From Hormiphora californensis (Eukaryota; Animalia; Ctenophora), in assembly GCA_020137815.1 (NCBI GenBank), contig CM035357.1:7626001-7690000 (forward strand): DNA of 64,000 nucleotides. Reading direction: 5' to 3'. Position 1 is the first letter of the stretch. Each line of letters begins with the position of its first letter. A model generated the notes under the pieces. The model was not told the DNA's origin, did not search any database, and was given only the letters and a program-made list of their open reading frames with translations. Below, in pieces: positions 46,018 through 61,342 of this stretch. A program made the translations under genes and the position numbers.

Positions 46018-46340
46018 GATCTCCTAGAAATGAAGTTGTGTGTGGTTACTTGGTACAACAGGGCCCAGGAGGGTTTTCTAAAATGAACAGGTGCAGACTA
46101 CTACCAAGTACCAGTACCAAGGAGGTGCTAGAACAAGGGTCCTGTTTTTAAATAACAGGAAGGTGCTATTTCATACCAAATGTAGTAGACAAAAATAAAC
46201 GAAAATGAATCCATAGAATATTGAAAGCATGAAATAAATACAGATGATAAAGACAGACAAACAAACAGCCCAACAAAATACAATCGACAGTGGGAAACTA
46301 AATTAAACTATATGGGGCTATAAAAAATAAACAAATGTAT

Positions 46341-48701
46341 TTATTCATCTTTCTTTAATGTAGGGTCTTTTTCTTCATTCACTATTTCCTCCTCTCCTTC
46401 TTCTTCTTTTTCCTTTTCATCTTCCTCGCCATCTTCTACTGGTTCAGGCCTGGAAACAATCAGTCAGTTAAATAATACCTCAATCGGAAAAAACTGTAAA
46501 TTATTAATTTTCTATAATCACTACATTCATTATGACGTGATAGTAAAACGGGAGAGGCAGCTATCTTGTAGTGATTATATATGAAAAGGGCCTTACTTTT
46601 CAATATCCTCTTCCTCATCATCCCAAAGAACATTCATCTGACTCCTGTCTGTTCTTATCTGTCTAATTGGGTCGTTCTTACTTTTCGTCTCGTTGCAGCA
46701 ACACATCAATATCAGACCTGATAGAGAGGAATCAAATCAACGCTTCATACTTCCCTTTCCATTTGCTACAAACGGTGGTAGGTGTAGTTTAATGTACATT
46801 CTTTACAAGCACTGTGTACGACTACGACTCTACACTTTCTCCATCTCAAAAAGGAAAGATTTACTAAAAGTTAATGAAATGAAAGAAATAGCAGCTCACG
46901 AGAGCTGTTCTCTCTTTGTCTCTCCCACTCTCCTCTCAGTTTTTAATGAAAGTGGTCTACTAACCTATGGGTATAACAATCACTAGACCCATTATAAAGG
47001 GGTGATCGAAAAAGAGAGGAGCAACATTAGAGTAGATCCTGTAAAACACTTTCCGAGATGAAGCGAGTACACCAGTACCACCATATCTAGGTGCTGTGAT
47101 CCACTCTTGGAGGGATGAGGAGAGAGAGGAACCAGGGAAGTAGGAATACTGTTCAGTAGCCGGATTAAATATAACAATCGTCTCAGGCTGTAAAGGGGGA
47201 TGTTAATGGTTGGTTCTAGATCTATAGAAAATATATATTGTCATATTACGGCACTGTGTTTGGTTTTAAATCTGGGACTCAGGAATTCTGCACTATCTCA
47301 CCTCTACAGAAGCACTTATCAAGTTCTCTATGTACTCTGCCTTGTCCACGTGTATCAGATAGGTCTCAGCTAGCACACGAGCCATACCCTTCATATCTTG
47401 GATCTTTCCCTCGTTATCACCATAATAAAACACTGCCGGGGGGGGGGGATGATTAGTGATCCTTACAGTGCAGTGTTGGTTAGTTTTGTACTGTTTCTGA
47501 TTTGTTGCTGTTATTTATTTGTGTACTGTTACTAAAAACTGCAGGAACTGATAGAATTCTCACCAGTCACCTAGTAGTTTGTATGGTTTATGGCAGCATG
47601 CTGACTCACCTAGTTTGTATTTAAGGAAGAGAAGTGGATGTATGGTAGGGTAGGAGCCCTTTACAAATGTATTGAATCGCTCAGTCATTACCCACGCATT
47701 GAGCCCCTCACAATCATCAGTATTCTCGATATACTCCATGACCAAACCATCTTTTAGAGCAACTAAACTAGGACTCCGCGATACTGACAAGTCTCCCCGC
47801 ACTACTGCTATGGGACTGTTTTTAGGTGATACTAGGGGAGGATCCTGTGAGACGGGAATTAGTGCCTCATTCGTGATATGACCCAGGACACATTCGTTCA
47901 CAACAACAGAGGCAATGCGATCAAGACATTGTTTTGATTCTTCTCCGATTGACAGAAAGACCACATCTCCGGATCGTCTGATGTCATTTAGTTTCCCCTG
48001 ACTGGCAACTGTTGAAATTAGAGGTCGGGATCCCTTTGTTGCGAAATTCATCAGAGCATCCTGGTGGAAAAAGGGCATTAGAGTTCCATGTTAAAAGCAA
48101 TTACAAACGAATTACATTTTTATTTTCTTTTGATGGAAACATTAAACGCAGATGTTACGACTTTGCCAATCATGGCCACACCATCCCTGCTCATTCTAAT
48201 TTTAGCCCAAAGTTCGACCTACCACAGTTCGTTCACCATTATATTCCAGGACCCTGTCCTTGCTGATCAGTCTGATTGTCGGGAATCCTCTCACTCCGTA
48301 TTTCTCAGCAGCTGAGCGGTACACTGTTGCGTCCAACTTGGCTACTGTTATTGCCTGCCTCGATAACCTGTTACCTAACTCATACCTGAATTAATAATGT
48401 TTATAGATTTGCTGTGACTATAGTCCACAGAAAATGAATATTAGGTAGTTTCAGGAGTCTCCTGCTATCATCAATTTTCTACTAACATAATCCGTTATTG
48501 GTTACTCAACTGATAATTGATAAAACTCAACTATCATCTAACTAACCATGTTGGATGAAGTGTTCTGCAGTGTCCACACCAGGGTGCATAAAACATCACC
48601 AAGTGTGGTTGAACAAGATCTTCTTTATCAGAAAAGGAGGGCCCCAACTCCAACACATCCCCCAAACATTGAGAAATGAACAGTAGGAATATAACGAACA
48701 T
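46341..48701 (-). CDS. TMX3: Thioredoxin-related transmembrane protein TMX3-like (PDI family)
   Basis: Signal peptide, FYAPWCGHC active site, further Trx-like folds ([10 protein letters not shown]), a TM helix, and an acidic tail ending KKDE* (dilysine ER-retrieval signal). Confidence 0.85.
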
Positions 48702-49164
48702 GCTAAAATGATCAGTTATAAACAGAGTGTTGAGTTTTTATATCATGTCAACTGTGAAATGTGAACTGGCACAAATTGTCCTTAATAGAGTTTGCAGCTA
48801 CTGGCAAAATATTACATGGATGAAAAGCTCTCACATAAATGCATTATGTTTCATAATGCTATGTTTCCCCGCCAACCTTTCATTTCTAACACGAAGGCGG
48901 GACAGACATTTCGGATCATTTATAAATCAAGCAAACAGTATAGAACAAATCCTTGTGTTTTAGTAGCACTAAATTGTGCGCCACATTGCGGAATTGCACG
49001 GCACACAATTCCTGAAAACGTGTTAATGAAGTGGTTTATGAAGGAGCAGGTTGTTGTTGTGTGCGAGGCTCTAGTTGCTACATGTTGCCCCTCGCAACCT
49101 GAAACGGGACAAGAGAGCTGACTTGCTACACATAGTCACTATATCCGTTTAGATTTCTAAACCC

Positions 49165-50370
49165 CTATGCCTTTTTGCAAAAGGCATCCGGGTGAAGGCC
49201 TTCGGCCTTCACCCGGGCGGGGAAATAAGAGTGGTTTGCTCAGGTCTCAGTCCCGATATGGAAATGCCGGAAACTGAAGGAAGTACATCCCGTCAGTCCA
49301 CATATGGGCTTTATCCTGAAGTACAACAGCAGTTCCTGCACTACCAGTAAACCGGAGATGAAAGCCCGTCGAGAGAAGTTGCTGCTGACGTACTCGCTCA
49401 TGTGAGGGTGGCCCGAGGGGACAATGTACGATGTTAACCGCCATTCTGCGTCATCAGACCACGCAGTTTTAGAAGGAGTTCTTCAGTCTTCTTTGCCATG
49501 GTGTGAGCGGCACGTGAATGGTCTACAGAGGTCAGAGGGGGAAGATGTAAGGAAGGATGTTTTGTTGTTGGCATACGCTGGATGAGGGGGTATACACGCA
49601 TAAGGGGGATGCAGCGCATTCCAAGATGTTTTGTGAAAGGAAAAAACTGACTGAGCTGGATTTGCATCCGAAATTTCGGGCGCCGTTACGATCTGGGTGT
49701 TTCGTGGCCTGCAGGTGCGCCCTGCCAAAAAAGTTGATTCACTAGAATGGCTCTAACCGCCAAACCACTCAACCGTTTTGGGTAATTCAAAGTTTATCTG
49801 GTAGGGAATGTCAAGGCCTAAAGTCCGTTTCAAGCGACTTGACCCGTAATTCTTGGAATTCGGCGCATTGCGTGTGTATTTACAAAGGGGAAATCCTGAA
49901 TTTCCAGGAAACTCAGGTCAAGTCGTTTGAAACGCACTTTAACCCCAACCCTAACCCTAACGGTTAGGGATAAAGTAGGGCAGCGCTTTTCAAGGCACTC
50001 ACGAAACACCCAAATTTTAACGCTGGTCCGAAATTTCGGGCGCCGTTACGATCTGGGTGTTTGGAGGCCTGTTTACAGGTGCGCGCTGCCAAAAAAGTTG
50101 ATTCACTAAAATGGCTCTAACCGCCAAACCACTCAACCGTTTTGGCTGATTCAAAGTTTATCTGGTAGGGAATGTCAAGGCCTAACCCCAACCCAAAACC
50201 CAACCCTAACCCTACTTTAGCCCTAACCCTAAAAAACCGTTTGTCAGCACTCCCAAAACACCCAGATTTTATTGGCCTATGCTACAGGCCGTGGAAAACG
50301 CGCGCACTTGGGGTCTGCAGCGCATGCCAACAGATTTTAACGCTGGCCCGAAATTTCTCCGAAAAATATC
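49165..50370. mobile_element. Hairpin-bounded composite repeat (Helentron/Helitron-like?) with a captured gene fragment, ~155-bp direct repeats and TTAGGG-like tracts
   Basis: Hairpins at 49167-49187 and 49188-49216. Direct repeat 49667-49821 / 50027-50183. (cctaac)n at 49940-49970 and 50181-50231. Confidence 0.5.
49274..49499 (-). pseudogene. XPNPEP1: Frameshifted 5' fragment of Xaa-Pro aminopeptidase 1
   Basis: Allowing frameshifts, it reads MAKKTEELLLKLRGLM...[53 protein letters not shown]. Confidence 0.85.
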
Positions 50371-50394
50371 TTTACTTCAGCTTTTTAGAATTTG

Positions 50395-50465
50395 AGCGCG
50401 CGCGTGCGGATTTAGTGTAACGCGCAATGTGCGCGTCAATTGATAACAACGCGCGGCGCGATCTT
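50395..50465. promoter_or_regulatory. CGCG-rich patch between the divergent TMX3 and FIS1 genes; candidate promoter
   Basis: gagcgcgcgcgtgcg...cgcgcggcgcg resembles the patch at 3105-3245. Confidence 0.35.
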
Positions 50466-50760
50466 TTAATTCTAGAATTTTTAGAAATTTTGAAGTTTTG
50501 AATTTCGTTTTTACCCAAAATTTTAAAAAAATCTTTTAAAGTCCGCAAAGAAAGCTAAAATCAGGGAGCAAAGAGGCGAATAATCCCTGAGATGCAAGTA
50601 AAACCTCCAATTTGAAATGTTTTATATAATAAGAATACCTATTACTTTTAAATAAAGCCAACTATGAGCTAAAGTTTCAAACTTTCATCAACTACAACGT
50701 AAAACTATTTATTGAGTTTCAGCAAATGTCTATGTAAGAGCCCAAGAGGGCAGCAAGAAA

Positions 50761-51915
50761 ATGGGAAGCTCCGATAATGAAGAAGAAACGCGGATCTACC
50801 TGCAAGGAACAGACGTAGAAGAGGAAAACATCCGATACTGTCAAGAACGAACCGTGGAGTGGGTAAGCGAGATACTAACGCTGACCGGTGGGTTCGGTGA
50901 AATTGACCCGAGCCGAGTGAAGTATGGACAGCAGACAGAGGACGTATGGGATGATCTGAAAGTTCCCTCCAGGAACAAACTGAATGCATTGAACAAGCCA
51001 GTGCTTCTAGACCTGGTGGAGGGTGCATGCCGTATTCTGATAGAACAGAGCTTCCCAGTTACTGAACAGTTGTCTACGGTGGGTTACGAAACCCTGAAGA
51101 TTGAACAGTTAGAGAAAGAGCTCAAATTGCAGAGTAAAGAGCTAATCAAAACCCAAAGAGACCTTGTAGCGGCACAAGAGGAACTACTGAAGATCCAGAG
51201 GCAGTTACTTGAGAAGAGGGAGGTTGAGATAACAGCTGTGCAGTTAACGGCACAGGACGAAATGAAGAGCTTCGCATCCATTTTGGAGAAGGAGTGTGCT
51301 TCGGCCCTGGCTCCAAAGAAGATTCAATCGGCTATCGTGGCAGCCTCGGAGGACCGTGGGTGTAACATCATAATTCATGGATTGGAAGAGTTGAAAGACA
51401 ATGTAAATGGTGTTGAGCTTGAAACTCAGATTAAGTCTCTTTTCAGTGAGCTTGAAGAGGCTCCGAAAGTGAAATCCGCCGAGCGCTTAGGAAAGCAGTC
51501 TTCATCTGCAAGACCTGTAAAAGTCGTACTGAGGAGTAGAGACGCTCAAATGTCAATAATGTCGAAGAAATCCCTGCTGAAAGGGAACGACAAGTTTGGA
51601 AAAGTATTTCTTTCTCCTGATCGAACTGTTGAAGAACGGAGAGAACGGAAACAGCTAGTAAGTGAACTGAAGGAGAAGGTGAAACAGTCCCCTGGAACCC
51701 ACTATATAATCCGTGGAAAGAGGGTTTTAGTAGCACCAAGGGACAACTAATCATATAAACACTTGATCTAGCAATATATACAGCTCATGTATACTGATAA
51801 ACCGCTTTTGAAAGCAGTGAGGTAGCCATAAAGTTTTTCTTTTTTAAGTGTTATCTTACAAATATATGCTATAAAGCGGGATAATAAATATTGTTGATGA
51901 TGATGATGATGATGA
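50761..51915 (+). mobile_element. ORF1-only LINE derivative: a 329-aa CR1/L2-type ORF1p (50761-51750) directly followed by an L2-like 3' tail
   Basis: A coiled coil precedes the ORF1 RRM-like motifs RGCNIIIHGLEE, ERLGK, RPVKVVL and KVFLSPDRTVEERRERKQLVSELK. The tail ccgcttttgaaagc...aaagcgg...(tga)n starts ~50 bp after the stop. Confidence 0.75.
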
Positions 51916-52159
51916 CAAAAATTCGTCAATAAAATGAGCATAATGGACAGAAATCGTGCAAAATTGGGCGTGGACAAGTATTTTAAATTGTTATATAGTA
52001 CCTCAGTCACTTGAAATGTCCCTTATGTGCGTTGATAACTTCTGTCCTGTGGACTGTGCTTTGCTTTGTCACTATTCCCGGTCTAAAATATAGTGGCTCA
52101 TGGCTGTTTGGATTGAAGTGTTTACTTTAATCCAGGCCGTATCCAAATCATTTAGCAGA

Positions 52160-53073
52160 ATGGCAGATTTAAACGACTTGATCGAGGATTTGGATACCCC
52201 CTGCGATGACAAAGACATAGCAGAACATGAAACGTTAGTGACCTGTGTTATTGAAACAATCTTCACAGGTCAAACAAATACCAATCGCACCTTCTAAAAC
52301 ATGCGTTTTATCAGGCGCTACAACGAGGAACTATCTTCAAAACCAGTGGTTTCAACCCAGACACAATTCGGGTACGCCTACGTTTTGGTGAAGTCTCGGT
52401 ACGATAACGACATCAGAAAGGGAATACGACTTTTGGAGGAGCTGTGCCAAAGTGGAGTTGATCAGAGGGATTTCGTATATTTTCTGGCTGTCGGTTATTA
52501 CAGGTAATTTCCTTTTCAAACTTTTCCAGCCCCTCGCCTGACGCCAAATATTGATGTTAAATCCTGTTATCGTAGGCTGGGGGACTCGAGGGTGGCTATA
52601 AAGTACTGTGAGAGGATTCTAGAGATGGAGCCAGGCAACTCGCAAGCAAGACAGCTGATAGAGGTCATCAAGAAGAAGAGGAAGAAAGACGCTATGATTG
52701 GAGCAGCTGTACTGGGTGAGTAGAAATGTGAGATAACAGTTGTTATTTCTCTGATAGTACTTGGCAGGATTAGAAACTAAACGTTGACTATATAATGACA
52801 GGCGTTTGTTAGACAATAGTAATTTAATCCATTGCACATACCGGTATTAGGAAACATTGATGACTTCATTTCTTCGTTACTATGCACTTACAGATAATTT
52901 GATAATCGCCCTGTTCACTAGGTATAACAATTGTTAAGACAATGTTGGTCCTAAATGCAGTCCTACATCCCCCTAATATTTACTCAGGTGGTGGAGCGGT
53001 GGCGGTTACAGGAGGGCTCCTTGTTGCTGGTGCTGTTATTGGGGCAGGTATTGCAGCTCTCAGAAGACGATAG
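52160..53073 (+). CDS. FIS1: Mitochondrial fission protein 1, 4 exons
   Basis: STQTQFGYAYVLVKSRYDNDIRKGIRLLEEL, RDFVYFLAVGYYRL and EPGNSQARQL, then a C-terminal TM anchor ending LRRR*. Confidence 0.95.
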
Positions 53074-53244
53074 AACTCTCTCTTTTTGTGTTTTAAAACT
53101 TTTTGTAATGCTAATTTGAAATTATTTCCCCTTTCTCTATCAAAATAGCTCATGAGAAACATATCACAGTTTTCTTTTTTTGACTGCAATAATAGTCTCT
53201 TTATTTGATACAAACTAAACCCCCCCCCTCTCTAACGACCCTCC

Positions 53245-53435
53245 CCTCCAAACAAGTTACCCTCCCCCTCTAAACAAGTCACTGTCAGTCCCCAAACAAG
53301 TCACCCTCCCCCTCTAAACAAGTCACTGTCAGTCCCCAAACAAGTCACCCTCCCCCTCTAAACAAGTCACTGTCAGTCCCCAAACAAGTCACCCTCAGCC
53401 CCCTAACAAGCACCCCTCAGCCCCCTCTAAACAAC
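53245..53435 (+). repeat. Minisatellite, ~44-bp unit
   Basis: aaacaagtcaccctccccctctaaacaagtcactgtcagtcccc repeated about three times. Confidence 0.85.
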
Positions 53436-53499
53436 CCCGTTCTAAATACCTCCCTCCTCTCTGTAGCAATGTCACATCAGTAGAAGGGATCCCACCACT

Positions 53500-57839
<4,340 letters not shown>

Positions 57840-58519
57840 CTCAGAGACACTTGGCAGAAAAAACATAATGTGGGAGTGTGAACTGTGAGAACCGTATCTA
57901 TTGCTGTAACACTGCTTACAACAACTAGACTAGAGCAACTGTATTAAACTTTTATTTCCCCTATTATTTACCACTAAAAAAGGTTTTGTTCATTTCTCAT
58001 GTTGCCCCACTCGTGGAATTGTGTCACATCATGGACTGAAGAGGGTCTACCAAGGAGTTGAAAATAGGGTCCTTCGCGCGCACGTACTGCCGCGCGCCGA
58101 AACAGTTGAGCGTGGGAAAATAACAACACACAAGGGAGGTCACGAGGGGAACAACACAGCCTGTGTGACCTGTGTGACCAATACATTGCCTCAGGGGCGT
58201 GTGTCTCCCCACATGACTGGCTGTTCTGTGTTGGGTTCAAACTGGTTTGAACCATTAGAACATCATATCATTTCCCTTCCTATCACTCTCTTTCTCTTGA
58301 ACACTGGCAAAAACATGGTTAAATGAAAATGAATATAAAATTAGCGGATTAGAAAATATAAAATCAATGCTGGTAATGAGCTGCCGAATCATAAAAGAAT
58401 ATATAGTCGTCAAGCCAACACCTAACAAATATCTGATCACATCATTCTACTTCCTCATCATAATCACTCTGTCTCAAGTCCAGTTCAAATCCAGTCTCCC
58501 TCCTCTGATGGACAGTTCC

Positions 58520-61037
58520 CTAAATTCCAATATTGGTGGGGTCCATGATATCCTTCCTCACTCTGGATAGCCCAAACTTGCTATTTAACCGTGACAGTTT
58601 CCCGGCCAGTAGTTTCCCAGGGGTGTCGTATCTGGTGTACAGTTCCTGCTGGTCATCGTCATCACTATCTTCATCCTGCCAGGCAAACCCCTTCTGTGAG
58701 GGGTGGAGAGAAGGGGTTACATAGAGAATGTGAGGGGTGGAGAGAAGGGGTTACATAGAGAATGTGAGGGGTGGAGAGAAGGGGTTACAATAGGGGACAT
58801 AGTGGGAGGGAGGGGTGGAGAGAAGGGGTTACAAGAGGGGACATAGTGGGAGGGAGGGGTGGAGAGAAGGGGTTACAAGAGGGGACATAGTGGGAGGGAG
58901 GGGTGGAGAGAAGGGGTTACAGGGGGAACATAGTGGGAGGGAGGGGTGGAGAGAAGGGGTAACAGGGGGAACAGAGAGCTAACGAGGGGTGGAGAGAAGG
59001 GGTTACAAGAGGGAACATAGTGGGAGGGAGGGGTGGAGAGAAGGGGTTACAAGAGGGGACATAGTGGGAGGGAGGGGTGGAGAGAAGGGGTAACAGGGGG
59101 AACAGAGAGCTAACGAGGGGTGGAGAGAAGGGGTTACAATAGGGGACATAGTGGGAGGGAGGGGTGGAGAGAAGGGGTTACAAGAGGGGACATAGTGGGA
59201 GGGAGGGGTGGAGAGAAGGGGTTACAAGAGGGAACATAGTGGGAGGGAGGGGTGGAGAGAAGGGGTTACAAGAGGGGACATAGTGGGAGGGAGGGGTGGA
59301 GAGAAGGGGTTACAAGAGGGAACATAGTGGGAGGGAGGGGTGGAGAGAAGGGGTAACAGGGGGAACAGAGAGCTAACGAGGGGTGGAGAGAAGGGGTTAC
59401 AAGAGGGGACATAGTGGGAGGGAGGGGTGGAGAGAAGGGGTTACAGGGGGGAACAGAGAGATAGAGTGAATTAGTGAAACGGGAGTGAAACTCAGGACAT
59501 ATGGGCTTGTCTGAATTTGTTCCAGACAAACCTTGACAACCAAGAGATGAGACACTACGTACCATATTAAATGTATTATCACTGCCACATCCAGGGGGAG
59601 CTAGTCGGCTGTATCCGTCGAGTTGATGTTTTAGAGTGCTGCTATACCAGCACAACACACACATACTCAGTAGCAGTAGGACCACAGTTACCCCGCCAGA
59701 TATCACATACACCTAGTGGGGAGTGTCGGGTGGAATGAATAGTGGGGAGATGTGTGAGGGGGGGGGGGGCACTGGGCAGTGGCCAGTAGTGAGGGACTGA
59801 GTGTAACGAGTAACATTGGGGAGGAACGGTGTTAAGACGAGGACTAATGCTGCAGATCAAATGCTATAACCTACTCATGTGTATGGGCTGTATGGACCCA
59901 TTTGGTGTACCTTAAATTTGCGGATAGAGTCGGCCAGTGTTGCCTGGTATGGTTCACATTGCTCTGTTCCTTGTGTCTGGTACCCCTCCTACACACTTGT
60001 CACCCTGATCCTCTTTAGCCACAAACCTGTGGGAGTCGTTAGATTTCATGAAGTATGTTTATCGGGTACTCAAGTCTTATCCGGTCTTATCCTTCAATTG
60101 CTCACTGTTACCCTGGCCCCTCCCCCATATATTTAGGTGATACTACTACAGTCCAGCCTGTATCGGGGTACTATACTCACGTTATGTTCCTGGTGGAAGT
60201 GGCAGGATCACATTCAGATATTACTGGTTTGAAGTCAGATCCCTGACACTGTCCTGCAACCAGCACGGCCTGTATATGTGAAACTGTGCCTGCATAGTTA
60301 GACTGGTGATATCAAAAGGGTATCAAAACACAATGGGGAAAGTTATGTGAAGCGTGGGGTGGGCCCCGTGGGTTTTCTTTATCGGTTTGCAAGGGTAGTG
60401 ATGTTGTAGGGTCTGACGGTCATCAACGCCGAAATAGGGAACAACGTGTTTCTGAATGTGCTTTACAATACAAATCCAACGCAACCAGAATTAGCTTTCT
60501 ATCTTGTCGGGAAGCATCGCCCCCTGATACCCCCAAAAACCTCAATTTCATGCGTGCGAGCCTATCCTTACCTGTAATTATAGGCAAATTGGCTCGTGCG
60601 CAGCCCTTTTACCTACCGGTTTTTGGGGGCGATACTTCCCGACAAGATAGAAACATCACTGATGTTGCCATGCTAACTATTATATGATTAGATGACTGGT
60701 TAAAATGGTCTATTACTTTTTAGTGCACGAGGCCGAAGGCCGAGTGTTCTAAATACAACAATAATGAACCGAGACCGACAGGTCGAGGTAGATCCTTTTA
60801 CTTAGCTGCCGAGCCTGCGAGGCACGCTAAGTGTAACTACCGAGCGAGCCTGCGAGCTCTGTAGTTGTACTTTTGGGCCGAGCCTGCGAGGCCTAAAAGT
60901 GAAAGAATCTTTAACATTATTGTTGTGTAATAGAGCATGTAAAAGCAGTCATCTAATTTTATTAGATGATTTTGGAAACAAACTGAGTGAAAGAGATAAA
61001 GATTGAGTGAGAGAGAGAGAGAGAAAGAGAAAGAGAA

Positions 61038-61088
<51 letters not shown>

Positions 61089-61264
61089 TGTGCAGTAGTC
61101 ACTACTGCATAGTGCACACGCCCTAACCCTTATCTTTTCTCCCCCTCTGCAACTATAGGTCACGTGATCGTCACGTGATGGCACCACGCCAATGAGCGTC
61201 CTGCATCTGCTTTCCCTCTCTGCCTTCGATTCTCTCTTTTCCTATCTCTCTCTCTCACACACAC

Positions 61265-61342
<78 letters not shown>

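Noticed and set aside
52160-53073. PINK1 and FIS1 in one window as a mitophagy gene cluster
   Set aside because: They are 50 kb apart with unrelated genes between them; chance is a sufficient explanation without synteny data.
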